64,000 bases of DNA. It comes from Lama guanicoe. Lineage: Eukaryota. Positions 40,286 to 53,792 of the stretch are shown one piece after another. The stretch covers positions 310,001-374,000 of the forward strand of contig MU054098.1 of NCBI GenBank assembly GCA_013239625.1. The letters are read 5' to 3'. The stretch's first letter is position 1. The number at the start of each line of letters is the position of its first letter. Both the position numbers and the translations under genes were made by a program. The notes under the pieces were generated by a model. It saw nothing but the letters and a program-made list of their open reading frames with translations, did no database searches and was not told the DNA's origin.

Positions 40286-40490
40286 CAGTGGTTCTCAAGG
40301 AGTGGGAGGATGTGCCCCCAGGGGATATTGGTAATATCTGGAGACATTTTTGATTGTCCCAACTTGGGGGACGTCTTAGTGGGTAGGGGCCAGGGATGCT
40401 ACTAAACCTCCTACAAAGAACAAGACTGCCCCACACAACAAAGACTTGCCTAATCCAAAATGTCAGTGGTGCCAAGACTGAGCAATGCTG
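40286..40490. mobile_element. MER20 hAT-Charlie DNA transposon
   Basis: cagtggttctcaa start; tctggagacatttttgattgtc; ggccagggatgctactaaac; ccaaaatgtcagtggtgccaagactgag. Confidence 0.85.
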
Positions 40491-40729
40491 GGCTGCAGTA
40501 AGGTAAATACCATAAGTGAAAACAAAGCAATGTGCATGAGGGAGAGATGACATCGATCGTGTTGGTAGAACATCAGAGAGGGCTTTATAACGAAGATAGA
40601 GGATGGGCCTTGAAGGGGGAAGGATCAGATTTCATACTTGATCATAAAAGGAGGAAACTACATGAGTATTGACATCCCAGAGTCTCTTCAAATTCAAAAT
40701 GTCAAAAAAAAAAAATCAAGTCTTGTTAT

Positions 40730-41065
40730 TGACCCTAGGCCCCCTGGTCTCCCAGACCAGAAATTTAGGAATTATTCTTGACTCTTCACCTTCCCTCATG
40801 CTCGGTATCTGGCTAGGAGTTAAGACCTCTTGATTATAGCTCTTTGAATAGCTTTCAGATCTGTTTCCTTTCCGTCTATTCTCACTGCCATTGGTGGTGT
40901 TCATGTCCTCCTCTCCTCACCTCTAACTGGGCCTATCAGCAGTTTTCCCAAATGATCTCTACCTCACTTTCAGTTTGCAAGTCCAGTTAGTCCTTCACAC
41001 TGTAGCTAGAGTACTCTTTCTAATGTGCAAATCTGATTGTCACTTGTTCCTACTAAAACACCTTC
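40730..41065 (+). mobile_element. L2 fragment
   Basis: ccttcacactgtagctagagt..tttctaatgtgcaaatctgattgtcac; probably continues after the L1 at about 43400-43930. Confidence 0.6.
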
Positions 41066-41149
41066 AAGCCAGTAAGTCAGCTCCTTAATAATACATTGCT
41101 TATTCCTTGTATTGAACATTAAAAAAATGTAAAAAAGCTAACACATAGC

Positions 41150-43398
41150 TCTGCTTTATATAACTTTATATATAAGTAATATTAATTACTTAATATTAGG
41201 TTGCTAAGATTCATCCAAATTGTTGAATGAAGCTGTAGTTCATTCTTTTTTATGGCTGCATTATGTTTCACAGTGTAGCTGTACCACACTTTATTTATTC
41301 ACTTTCTCACTAATGGCCATTTGAGTTGTTAACGTATTTTTGCTTTTGTGAATAGTACTGCTATAAGCATTATTATACATGTCTCCTGTTGTACATGTGC
41401 AAACATTTCTCTTGTGTATATACTTGGGAGTGGAATAGCTGGGTTATCTGGTATTTCAGTGTTCAACTTAAAGAGATAATGCCTAACTGGTTAACAGTTT
41501 ATATTTCCATTATCGTGTATAAGAGATCCATTTTCTAATTGAGTTGTCTTTTCATTACTGAGTTATGAGTTTTTTTCTTTTTTTTTTCTTCTGTACATAA
41601 GATTCTTGTGACATATATAGCTTGCAGGTATTTCTTTCCTATTCTGTGGGTTATCTACTTAGAAACACAAAATTTTAAAATTTTAATGAAGCCTGTTTTA
41701 TCAATTTTTTCTTGCGTTGCTTGTAGTTTTCATGTCACATCCAAGGAGCCATTGCCTAACTCAGGGTTCTGAAGATTTACTCTTTTGTTTTCTTTTGAGT
41801 TTTATACTTTTAGCTCCTACATTTACACGTATTATCCACTTTGAGTCTTTTGTGTATGGTGTAGGATCAGGGTCCACCTTCCTTCTTTTGCATATGTATA
41901 GCCAGTTGTCCCAGCACTATTTATGGAAAGTATCTTTCTTTCCTTACCCAGTTCTCTTGTTGCTTTTGTTGAAAATCAGTTGACCATAAATGTGAATGTT
42001 TATTTCTGGACTCTCAATTCTATTCTGTTGATCTGTATGTCTGCTCTTACCCTGATACCATTCTATCTTGATATCTGTAGCTGTGTAGTAAGCTGTTTAT
42101 TAAGTTTTATAATCAGGAGGTGTGAATCTTCCAACATGGTTCTTTTTTCCTGATTGCTTTGGCTATTATGGGGCCCGTATGAGTTTCGGGATCAGCTTGT
42201 AAATTTCTTCAGAAAATGCAGTTTGGGATTTTGATAGGACTGTGTTGAATCTGGATCAATTTGGGCAAGTTTTGCCATCTTAACAACATTAAGTTGTCTA
42301 ATCCATGAATATGGGATTTTTTTTGATTTATTTGTATTTTTAGTTTCTTTAACAATATTTTGTAGTTTTCCTAACTTTTTATTTTTTAATATACTGTTGT
42401 AAATGCAAGTTTTTTCTTAATTTCATTTTTGGGGTATTCATTGCTAGTATATAGAAATATAGTTGACTTTTATATAGTGATCTTTTTTCTTGCAACCTTA
42501 ACTTGCTTCTTTCTTCAAATAGTTTTTTAATGGATTCATTAGAATTTTCTGTATAAAAGATCATGTCATCTGCAAATATAGTTTTACTTCTTCCTTTTGA
42601 ATCTGGATGCTTTTCATTTCAGTTTCTTGCCTCATTGTCCTAGCTAGAACTTCTAATATAGTGTTGAGTGGATATGGTGGGAGTGGACATTCTTGTCTTG
42701 TTCCTGAATTTAAGGAAATGCATTCAGTCTTTCACCATTAAATATGACATTAGCTCTGGTTTTTTCGTAGATGCGCTTTACCAGGTTGAAGAAATTCCTT
42801 AAACAATTTTTTTTTATTGAAGTATAGTTGATTTACAGTGTTGTGTTAGTTTCTGATATACAGCATAGTGATTCAGTTATACGTATATAGTCATTTTCAT
42901 TATAGGTTATTACAAGATATTGAATGTAATTCCCCATGCTATACGTTAGGACCTTGTTGTTCATCTTTTTTATATATAGTAGTTTGTATCTGCTAATCCC
43001 AAACTCCTAATTTATCCCTCCCTCCCTCTTTCCCCTTTGATAACCATAAATTTGTTTTTTATGTTTGTGAGTTTCTTTCTGTTTTGTAAATAAGTTCATT
43101 TGTATCATTTTTTTTAGATTCAACATATAAGTGATATCATATGATATTTGTCTTTCTCTGTCTGACTTACTTCACTTAGTATGATAATTTCTTGGTCCAT
43201 CTGTGCTGCTGCAGAAATTCCCCTTTATATCTATTTTTTGAGTTTTTTTAAATTATAAAAGGCTGTTGGATTTAATCAGATGCTTCTTCTGTTTCTGTGT
43301 CTATTGAGATGGTCTTATGGGTTTTGTCTCTTATTGCATTAGTATGGTATATTACATTGATTGTTTTTTAGATGTTATATCCACCTTGCATTCCTGGC
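41150..43398 (-). mobile_element. Old L1 (ORF2/3' region) with a younger L1 nested at 42799-43212
   Basis: Antisense L1 motifs: cagttgtcccagcact, tttctggactctcaattctattc, agatcatgtcatctgcaaa, cttgtcttgttcctga, tctattgagatg, ccttgcattcctgg. Confidence 0.85.
42799..43212 (-). mobile_element. Younger L1 3' end inserted into an older L1 ORF2
   Basis: Similar to 4599-5017; direct repeat agaaattcc at 42790-42798 and 43213-43221. Confidence 0.85.
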
Positions 43399-45029
43399 CT
43401 GCCTACTTTTCATTTTAGTCTCATACTGCCCCTAAGCTTTACAATCCAGCCTACCAAACTACATGCTGTTCCTTGAAAGTGTCATGCTGTTCCATGTTTT
43501 CATGTTATTTCCCCCCTTATTGTTAATGTCCTTCTCCTTCTTTTCCATCTTGTGAACTTCTGTTGATCTTTTGTATCCCAGATCAGACCTTTCTTTATTA
43601 TCTTTTCCCTTTCCCCTCATCCTCTACATATAGTGATTACACTATACCTCTAATATAGCATTTGTGATCCTTTATTACAATTATTTCTCCTGTTGTAGCA
43701 TTCTCCATCAATTTAATAACTTTTCCAGAAAAAAAGAACACTGCTGCAATAAGCACATACATGGATCTTAGAAATGTTAACAGAAGAAAATGTACATTGT
43801 AAAATCAAAGAAACGATAGTTGTTTACATTTGTCCTTTTATTGATTTTGGCGTTCTTTGAGTGTAGTTGCTTTGTTGCCACTTCAACATTTAGTACAATG
43901 TGTGGTACATAGTAGGTGTTTAGCACATTTGTTCAATTCAGCCTGCTTCTTAGCCTGGGTGCCTTTTCAGTTCCCTTGACAGTTTGTCTCTTTCCTTTTC
44001 CTCTATATTTTCCACTATTTCTCATGTATGTACCTGTTCTCCAGTCGCACTGAACTTCTCATTGTCTCTCTTATTTTTGTTTTTATTGTCTTATTATATT
44101 ATTTTAAAAAAGAAAAACTATCAGGAAGAAAAAGAAATAACAGCTTTATTGCTTCAGAAGCAGAGATATGATTATTAAACTTTAACAGTTGCAAATTAGC
44201 TGTAGTTTTTGTACGTTGTTATATCATTGTATATACCTTTATTTTAGGATAGTTGACTGCTTTTAAGTGTTTAGGTTAATTACTAAAATAGATTTTTAAG
44301 TAGTGTTTATGACATTAAATAATATGTTTGGCATTGGAAATATTAAATTATAGAATGTTTTGAGGGTTAACCTGTTACTTTAATCAATTCCATCTTGAAA
44401 ATCTTATTTGTAGGTGAAGTCCAGGAAAAACTGGGAGATGAATGCCCTTTTTGTGATTGTGTTTAGCTCTAAATTGTTTAAAATTGTTTTCACATGTCTT
44501 GGTCTAGTTCTCTTTTCTTACCTTGGTCTGCTGTCTTCCATTTGCCATGAGCCCTCACAAACGATTGCTCTGTATGTTCTCTTGTGAAAAACTCATCACT
44601 TCCTGACTGAATATTTTCTCAACATTAATCTATGTAATTTTGTTGCCTTAAAAGTCTTTCCATTATAGTCTTTTGTAGACTCTTCCAAGTTGTTCTTCCA
44701 GAGAGTTTTCTTTATGCCACTCTTCTGCTGAAGAAAAATGTTTTATAACATGATTTTTGATGACTGCCTAATAGTCTATTTTAAGTATGTACCATGTTTT
44801 ATTTAACCATTCCTATATTGTTAGATGTTTAAGTTACTATTTAATATGAATATGCAGCCAGGTGCAGTTGTGCTCCTAGCTTTACATTGCTTCCCCCAAG
44901 AGGAATTGAAACTCCTTGAGGGCAGATAATGCTTTCTATACAAAAATACCCTACAGTGTTTGGTTGACTGCTGTGTCTCTCTGCAACAGTTAATAGTAAA
45001 AGCTTGTCAAATTTCTAAACTTAAAATTA

Positions 45030-45585
45030 TGGGAAGGTGCATGACAATTTTATATACCACCTTCTTGTTCTATCTCTGTGACTATAAACTAAGAACGATT
45101 TTGCCATGGTATCTTGGTGATCTTGCATATCTCCACATAGGCCACTTAGACAAGGCTCAACTGCAATCTGACTTAAATCTTGGAGAAAGACTCTCTGATC
45201 CTCCCTGGTACAAGGCAAGATAGATAGGTGACATAAGGTCATATCCTGTCTACCTCCCTATCTTGTGGGAGGCTGCCTCAAGGCAGTCTATTTTCTCCTT
45301 CCCTCATTCTGCTGAGACATGGGACATTCTTTTGGGTACAGCTGTGAGTTTAAAATTGCAAAGCTGCAGTCTAGAGTTGACTCAGTGACAGAGCAATCCA
45401 TTGTGCATGCTGTCTGTCATTGGGTCCCTCCCTCCAGTTTGGTTTTGTCCTGTGGGACTAGGGACATGGGGAACTGACACTGTACTGGTCATGCCTTCTC
45501 TGTCTGTGTTAGTAATAAACTGTCTGAATCCATTTGGTCTCACTGGTAGCTGCCAGTGTGCTGCTGTGTTGGAGCCGCTTGACCA
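45030..45585 (+). mobile_element. Old solo LTR (ERV class), sense to LRCH2
   Basis: Shares motifs with the 49584 LTR (cctgtggga..gggg..ctga.ac, agtaataaa). Ends are approximate; no clean TSD. Confidence 0.55.
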
Positions 45586-46028
45586 CTAAGATAAACTAAT
45601 AGGGTTTTCTTTGGTCTGGTTTGTGGGATTTCTCATTACTTTGTAATGAGTTTACTGTAACTTGCTTTTAATTTCAGCATCCAGTATTTAGTGCTTTGTT
45701 GTTAAATAGCTCAAGTAAGGATGAGCCTTGCTGTGCAAATACAGTATTTTTTTAAGAGGCACAGTATACTGGCTATAAAATTTGTCTTAATCTGGATACA
45801 TCAAAGATGAAGCAGTTAGTTTTGTTTAGCATGGTAGCTTGCACTTTTTTTTCTTTTTTGTTAACCCTCCTCCAGGACTACTTTTGTTTTGGAATCCAAA
45901 GCCTACTAGAGTTATCTTGGAAAGTCAATTTGATGCAGACTGTCCTCATATTACATTAGACTTTCCTTTCTCATGCAGTAGAAAGGTACTGAGGTATCAT
46001 AATTAATGCAGGTAAAAGATATACTATG

Positions 46029-46180
46029 TAATTGTCCTTTGGTATCCATGGGTGATTGGTTTCAGGACCCCCCGGTGGATACCAAAAATCCATGAATGCT
46101 GAAGTCCCTTGTGTAAAATGGCCTATAATTGGCCCTCCATATTTGTGGGTTCCCCATCTGCAGATAAGGGGGGCCTACTG
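46029..46180. mobile_element. Short MER2-like (TcMar-Tigger) DNA transposon
   Basis: gtcctttggtatccatgggtgattggtttcaggacccc..gataccaaaaatccatgaatgct; right end ctactg followed by TA. Confidence 0.75.
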
Positions 46181-46679
46181 TATAAACAGATCCATTTGAT
46201 TTTCAGTGACTAGTTGACATTGACCTAGGCAGAAAGAACATCAACATTAGATTAATCATGCATCAATTCAGATGTCTTAGAGATGGTCAAGGTAACATGT
46301 TTTGCCATTGCTTACTTCATTAATCAGACTAATTATAACAATTCAGATTGTATAGTTTTTTTTTTTTTTGCTTTAAGGAAATAATTTAGATGAAAGTTTG
46401 ATTTTTTACATTTAAAGTTGCATACTTTCACAGTAATTTGTATTTAAAAATTATGACATAGAGTAGGAAAGCAATAAAACATGACAGCACAGTGATAGAT
46501 GTTTGGTAGCAGACTGAGTTGTACCCCATAAAAACAAAATAATTGTATACAATACCAACTTATAATTAGCCTATAACTGTCTACAGATGTTATTCTTATG
46601 AATGGGATATATATCTTATGTGTGTGTGTATATATATATATATTCAGAAATTTACCTTCTGAAATATAATACTTTTAAA

Positions 46680-47830
46680 ATACTATACTATTAATACTGT
46701 TTTCTTAAAATAGAAGCAATCCTTGCTTATTGTAGAAACTTTAGAAAATAAAAGTGTAGAGAAGAAAATACAAGTCATTCCTCACTACCAACCTTGAGTA
46801 AGCATTAACATTTTGGTATGTTTCCTTTTTACTGCCACACTCATCACCTTGTACATACCTGGAGGTCTTTATATGTACATATATTGAATGTATAAAGTGT
46901 ACACTTTAAAAGGAAACAGTTGGCTCATACTGTGTATATAGTTTTATATTTTGAGTGTTCTGGTTATTACCCTGTGAGCATTCTTATTTCTATATTAAGA
47001 AATCAAGTCTATAATATCATTTTTAAAGGCTACAAGATATTCCACCTCGAGGGTATACCATATTTTAGTCTTTACTTATTGTTGGGCATTTAAGTTATTT
47101 CTAATTTTTTCCTCTTTTAAATAACTGAAATGTACATACTTTTTATGCATCTTTGTCTGGCTTCAAAAATTTCTAGATATTGACTTCTTGCATCAATGGG
47201 TATGAACATTTTTAAGGACCTTGATTCATACTGCAAAATTGCTTTCTAGACAGGTTACCTCATTTTGAATTCCCATCAGTGGTATATGGGGAAGTGCCCA
47301 ATTCAAAGTAGCTTTGCCAACACTAATATCTTTAAAAACCCTGTATTTGATGAATGAATTATAGTGTTTTATTCTTTACATTTATTCTGATTAACTGGTG
47401 AAGTTGAACATATTTTCATATACAACTTGATCATTGATAATTTTCATTTTAGAATCTGTTGATGTCCTTGGCCCAGGTCTTATCTGTGAGTTGATGTCAT
47501 TTTGCTTTTTGATATACTGTAGTTTTCCTTTCTTTTTATGTAGCTAAATCTAAAAATCTTTTCATTTGTGAGTTATTACTTTATTTGATACTTTGAAAGT
47601 CTTTCCTCATTCTAGTATTGAGTGACTAATCACTAAAGTGTTTTTCCAGTTTATTTTTATGGTTCATTTTTCATGTTTATCTTTTTCTTCCATCTGGAAT
47701 TTATTTTAGTAAAAGTTATGTGATGAGGCTGTAACATTTGTCTTTTGAAAATAGAAGTTTTTCAAGAACTACTTAATAAATAATACTACATGGAGTCAAA
47801 ATGCCAAATTTACAGTATAATAAATTTTAT
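46680..47830 (-). mobile_element. Very old L1 (L1ME-like) fragment
   Basis: Diverged antisense L1 motifs: ttgttgggcatttaagttatttc, atactgcaaaattgctttc, tccatctggaatttatttt. Confidence 0.55.
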
Positions 47831-49188
47831 AGGGGTTGAAATATAGTGCCATTCTCAAACATCACTTTGATGTTTGAATGTCATTACACTGCATTATTTC
47901 TTGGTGAAACTGAAGCACTTTGTAGAATTTCCTACAGACAACTGTGCGTAGAGCTTCCCTCCCCCCCATTAAAAAAAATAAAGTCTTGTCCTTCCGTGTG
48001 GCTTAATAGTTGTGTGACTCAGAGTCCTTTTCTCACTGAGCATGCATGTAATCCGCCCTCTGGTTAGCAGCTGTGGTTTCTCCTTGCAGCATCTGTTTTT
48101 GTTTGCACCCTTGCTTCTCTAAGTCCCTGTGCTCAAAAAGAGCCTTCCATTATTGGTTGTTGCAGGTCAGTGAGGTCTGCTTTTATTGTTTCTCATAACT
48201 GTTAGCTTTGAAGCAGTTTTTACACTTTTTTCTCTCCAGTGTACTTATGGTTAGTATTTTAACTCATCATGGAGTAGCTTAGAAATTCTGTGGGCTGTAC
48301 ATCTTACTCATTCAACAAGGCTTCAATGTTATAGATTGACTTTTCAATATCTTGTCCCGAATGACAGCACAACACCCTTCTAGGGAGTACTGAATCAAGA
48401 AATCACCTGTCTTCGCAGAGGGCATCTGTTAAAAGCAGATGCCAGAGCCATGGGGTTGTCATTTCACATCAGGCTCCAACATCAGAGTCTAATACTTCAA
48501 AGACACTCTCCATGTTTGCAACGGCAGACAGCTGTGGTGCCTCCTGTTTTCTTGTTGCTTTTGTTTCCAGTCCTGAAATTTATTTTAGATGGAGAAATAA
48601 GGAAGCATTAGTTTTTGAGAGCATATTAATCCGATTTTTACACAATGTAACTGCTCACATTTGAGTAATACCAGTTACTGAAGAGCACAAAAAGTTTAAT
48701 ATTTTATTTTCATGTTAGGAAATAAGTATTTTAGTTGGTTGTTTTTATGCACTCTCCTAAAGGCATATAACTCTGGCACATATTTTCCATGTCGTAAGAA
48801 CTGAATACAATAGTCAGTTTCCATCGCTTTATTTTGAGCCTTTATGAACATTGTATATCATGAGGTGCAAATTGATAATTTTCCTTTCATTTCTGTTGCT
48901 TACTTCCTCCAGGGATTGTACGTTGTTGCAGAATGTTTACTCTTTTCCAATAGCTCTGAGGTAGTGAGGAGTAGTAATTAAGTGATTTTGGCAATGTTTT
49001 ATAGGTAATCATCAGTAGAATTAGCATATAGTTCAGATACAGTCTAGTGCTTATCTGCTAAATAAGTTATCCCTCCTTTTCCCGTCTGTAGGACTCCTGT
49101 AAACTCTGGGATATACCCCAAGGATGATGAAGTATTGGTCCCATCACTAAAAATCCACAATTTTAGTTGAACTAGGTAGGGATGATTT

Positions 49189-49208
49189 TGTGTGTGTGTG
49201 TGTGTGTG
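49189..49208. repeat. (TG)10 microsatellite
   Basis: Directly visible. Confidence 0.9.
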
Positions 49209-49583
49209 TACATAGTTCCTTTTGCTGAAGTGTTATTATCTAAGCAGAATAGTATTTGGTGCTAGAGTGGAACAATAATTGGGATTGCTTAGGGTTGGTG
49301 CCTGGATGGCATTTTACCTACCTTAACACATGGTACCTAATTCATGGGACTTAATGGAATTTTGAATGAATGGCACAGGCTGTGAGTCAAGTCAGAATGC
49401 TGCTTGGGAAATAAGAATGAGACGTAAAGGTGAGAATTGGGATTTGCCTGCCTCAGTCCCAGACTCTTAAGTGCAGGACCACAGAGGATATGTTGCTTAT
49501 GATATTTAATTAGTTTCCCTTGTATATTTTCTGCGGTGAGGCTGCAACTTCTAATCCCTACTCAATAAGGAAGGTACATGGTA

Positions 49584-50051
49584 TGATTGGGAGGTTTTCC
49601 ATGGGTCTCCTGTTTCTGCACATCTTGCAAGTGAGGTACTAACTGTCCTTTGTTCAGGACTATCTTTTGAAAGAGATAATTTCTTTCTCCAGAGCGAGGG
49701 ACAACCATGCTTACTATCCAGTAAAATAATATCTCCCTTTGAACAAAGTGCAGACATGTGTACTATCTGCTATAAAAGATCTGGGTTCTCTCAGCTCAGA
49801 GTTCCTTTCTTATAATGTGATGTATTGCATATGCAGGTATCCATCTATATCCATATATGTTGCTCCTGTGGGATTTGGGGGCCAAGGGGATCTGATACAG
49901 ACATGCTGCTCATGCCACTTGCTGTGCTGTGAGTAATAAAGTGACTCACAAAGGAGTCTCGTGCCTTCTACTAGCATCCATACAACTGTGTTAAGCTAAC
50001 TTGTTGACTCACAAGTAGGCTAAAGTCTCAGATCCTTTGGAGTTCTTGACA
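49584..50051 (+). mobile_element. Solo LTR (ERV1-like, 4-bp TSD), sense to LRCH2
   Basis: tgattgg..ttgaca with perfect TSD GGTA (49580-49583 / 50052-50055); TATAAAA at 49771-49777; AATAAA at 49935-49940. Confidence 0.85.
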
Positions 50052-50658
50052 GGTACTCAGCACAATGGTTTTGCCTATAAGATGTTGCCATCCTTTTGAA
50101 GAAACTTGTTTAATTTTCTTTAATCTTTGTTTATTGACTTGGTTAAAAATATTGAGAAATTAATAATGGTTCACTGTTTAAGAAGCCGAGAAAGCTGTGT
50201 GTTGGCTTAGACTAAACAATTCTGAAATGGTAAATTGGGGACAACTGAGAGCTTTATAATGGTGCTCACTATTTTCTTAACTAAAAATTGGGACTTGAAG
50301 TTAGATTTATGTTCTGCTTCCTATTGTAGGAAGAAACATACAATATGAATGTGGTTACGAAATTTAGAATTTCTCTGACCCTGCTTTGTGGTTCGAGTGG
50401 AACAGAATGTTTGAAATCTGGGACAGGAAATCACAATAGTGTATTGAAGGAATGGAAAAGCACACATAGAACATGAACTTTGAAGTCACATCTGAGTTTG
50501 CTGTCAATTATTACTAGTTTTTTTTTTAAACATTAAACATACTGTTCAATCTGTCTTTGATTCATATGTATGAGGAATAATAGCTCCCTCATAAGGTTGT
50601 TATGAGGATTAAAAATTATGCAAAGCATGTGGTTTTCTGATCTAGCAAATGTAGAGGG

Positions 50659-50680
50659 TGTGTGTGTGTGTGTGTGTGTG
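50659..50680. repeat. (TG)11 microsatellite following a MIR fragment (about 50455-50630)
   Basis: Directly visible; MIR motif cctcataaggttgttatgaggattaaa upstream. Confidence 0.9.
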
Positions 50681-51545
50681 TATGTATCAGTTGCTTCAGT
50701 TCCACTTAGGTCATTGTTGATGTGAATTTAAAGTTCGGATTTCAAATTATTTCTCCACTTAACTGCCATGTTTCTTCAAGCAGAAAATTCTGTATCTCTG
50801 TTAATGATGAGGCTGTGTTCCAACAATGCATTTCATTGTTAGTTTTTCCATAAGTGAGAATGTGACAGATTTTCAAACATTATCTAGGATTTTCTTTAAA
50901 ATAAAAGGGACTAAAGCTATCTATATTAGTAAATGTCACCCAAATAAGACTCACATGTCTTTGTTTTAGCAGTTTGTGTCAGAAGCCATACAGCCTTTTG
51001 GACACTGAATAAGATAAAACTATAATTAGTACTATAATTAGTAGATATAATAGTATACTTTCTGAAAGTCTTTTCTATACCTTGGCAGAAATGCTAGCCA
51101 GTGGACTAGGAATTTCCCTGGGCGACACATGGACCCGTCTGTGGCTCTTGTGGCTGCAGCTTGGGAGGCAGCAAACATTTCCATTCCATCTGACTCCTTT
51201 CCTCCCTTCTCTAGCTTCCTTGACCTCTGAAGCTTAAGAGTGATACAGAACATAACTTAGATCAGATTATTTAAAATGATCTATTAATGTCTCCAACAGC
51301 TCCCAGCAGTTTTACAAGGAGCGATTTGAAAGAAGGCAGGAAACAGTTTGTAATAGTCTGTCTACTGTTGAGTTATTGCCAATACTTTTTGATATGATTT
51401 ATGATAAAAACCAAGACAAAAGAAAAACAGTCCATTTTTTTTAGGAATAAAGATGCTTATCCCCAAGGATACTAATTAACTGAGTTATCACCTTACTGCT
51501 TAAGAAAAAATACATAACTGCTTAATTTTAAAAAATTTCATTGCA

Positions 51546-51590
51546 CTGTACACCAGAAATTAACACATTGTAACTGACTGTACTTCAATT
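51546..51590 (+). mobile_element. Very short L1 3'-end insertion, sense orientation
   Basis: ctgtacaccagaaattaacacattgtaactgactgtacttcaat plus A-run is the reverse complement of the local L1 termini. Degenerate TSD aaaaaatttcattgca / aaaaaatttttttgca. Confidence 0.75.
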
Positions 51591-51649
51591 AAAAAAAAAT
51601 TTTTTTGCAAGCATTCTCTCATTAATTCTGACGAACTATTTTTGAGAAA

Positions 51650-52102
51650 TGTGTTTGTTTCCCATGGCTGCTGTAACAAATGACCACAAACTTGATGGTT
51701 TGAAACAGCAGAAATTTATTCTCTTATAGTTCTTGAGATCAGAAGTCCAAAATAAGTCTTTTGAAGCTAAAACCAGGTTTCAGCTGGGCTGTAAACCCTC
51801 TGGAGGCTCTAGGGGAGAATCCTTTCCTTGCCTCTTCCAGCTTCTGGTGACTACTGGCCACATCACTCCATTGTCTGCCTCTATCTTCATGTGATCTTTT
51901 CCTCAATGTGGCTGTGGCATCTCCCTCTGTCTCCTATAAAGATAAATGTGATGGCATTTAGGGCCCACCTGGATGATGCAGGATAATCTCCACTGCAAGA
52001 TACTTCATTACATCTGCAAAAATTTTACCAAGTAAGCCTACATTGACAGGTTCCAGGAGTTAGGACCTGATATTTATGAGGGCTACCATTAAGCTTACTA
52101 CA
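51650..52102 (-). mobile_element. MaLR (MLT1-type) solo LTR
   Basis: ggctgctgtaacaaatgaccacaaact, gaaatttattctc, ggaggctctaggggagaatc, ttccttgcctcttccagcttctggtg; TG..CA termini. Confidence 0.85.
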
Positions 52103-53149
52103 GGAAGATAAGGAGCAAATTTTAATTTCTTTTTGTTGTGTATGTGAGAAAGCTGAAACATCTTTATAATTGTCTTTTCCCAAGTCCTATTTGTCCCCAA
52201 AGAAAGCAGACTTTAAAGGTGTTGTGAAATGAATCTCCCTTAAGTAATAAGTTAAGTTTGTTTTCCCATCTTTAGATGGATTCATATTAAATGAAATACC
52301 AATTTTGCATGTATTTCTTGAGTATAATATGTTCTTTATCAGTCATATTATTCTAGTTGCTTTAGTGCATGTTAATTAAATGATTTTTAAATACAAAATC
52401 TTCCTTATGGTTTAATTGTATATTACAAGGTAAAAAATTTAAATGAGAGTTTAAATTTTATCCATTATATCTATATAAAAGTTAATATTCACTTTTTTGA
52501 AGGAAAATATGAGATGCTGTTAGTGTAAGATAGTTCAAGAAACTAAAATACAGATTGTTTTGTGTTATTGCCTATCTTTGCTTCCATAGATGTATTTTTC
52601 TTTTGACAATGTTATTCTTTTTTTTTAATCCAATTCTTAGAAAGGATGTTTATACAGATTTAAAATCTGAAAAAATTTAGAAGATTTCCTTAATTAGAGG
52701 CTTTATAATAGCTTGAGTTTTGACTTTATTATGCTTTACTTGATTTAATTCAGCTAAATTAGAATAATAATTAATTGTGATTTTAAGTGGTGTTTATTAA
52801 ATAAATATAGTAACTTATTCAGAAAATAGTTTATGAATGCAAATTTAATTAAATTCCCTAAGGGAACTCATAATATTACTTTGTAATTTAACTAAATAAT
52901 CTTGTTTTGGAGGGCAAAGAACATAAAGCATCACACAATAATATATAAATTATTAAATTTTTTTTTTTTACCCAAAACAAGCAGAGACATAAAACAGTAC
53001 AGATTATAATTAAACAGAACAGAGGAAAACAATATAGATCGTGAATAAAACCAAAATTGGTAATGAAAAGAAACATAAATTATTAAATTAATATATTGAT
53101 ATTACTTAAATTATTAAAACCACTCATTATTAATACTGGTATTTTGGCT

Positions 53150-53745
53150 TTTTCTCCTGTTACTTCTTTGAGCACTCTCTTTACTATGGTTTTTGTGTTT
53201 TCTCTTGACCGTTATTTTCAGTCTTCTCTGCTTGCTGTTTTTTTCTCTATTCAGCTTGTAAATGTTGGTCTTGTGGATGGCCCAGTCTTGAACTTTCTTT
53301 CTAACTCAGTAAATACTCTGATTTTAGGTAATGTCTTCCATTTCTGTGATTTTTATGGTACTAACCGTAATCTCACAACTTTCAGTTTTTTATATCCATC
53401 CCAGAGCTCATTTCTGAGATCTAGAATAATCTGATTAACCAACTTTCACAACCCCCGATTGGATCTCTTTCAGATATCTCAGTTTATACAAATATAAAAT
53501 TGAACCCTTGATTCTAACCTGTGGTTCAAAAAACAGAACAAAACGCCACCAACAAAAACAAGAAGAAAAATCCTGTTCCATTCCTCACTCTTCTGTTAAG
53601 TAGCATCATTTAGTTGTGTAGGCCAGAATCCTGTGTGCTATCCTTGATTATTACCTCTTATTTATCCCACATAGACAGTCACTTGTCCAGTCCCTGTAAG
53701 TACTAATATTAAAATACATTTCAAATTCTGTCTACTTTTTTTATC
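53150..53745 (+). mobile_element. L2 fragment, interrupted by the L1 at 53765
   Basis: Pyrimidine-rich L2-like sequence (ggccagaatcctg..tatccttga); appears to resume near 55270. Confidence 0.5.
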
Positions 53746-53761
53746 CCTATTCTTTTAAATC

Positions 53762-53764
<3 letters not shown>

Positions 53765-53792
<28 letters not shown>

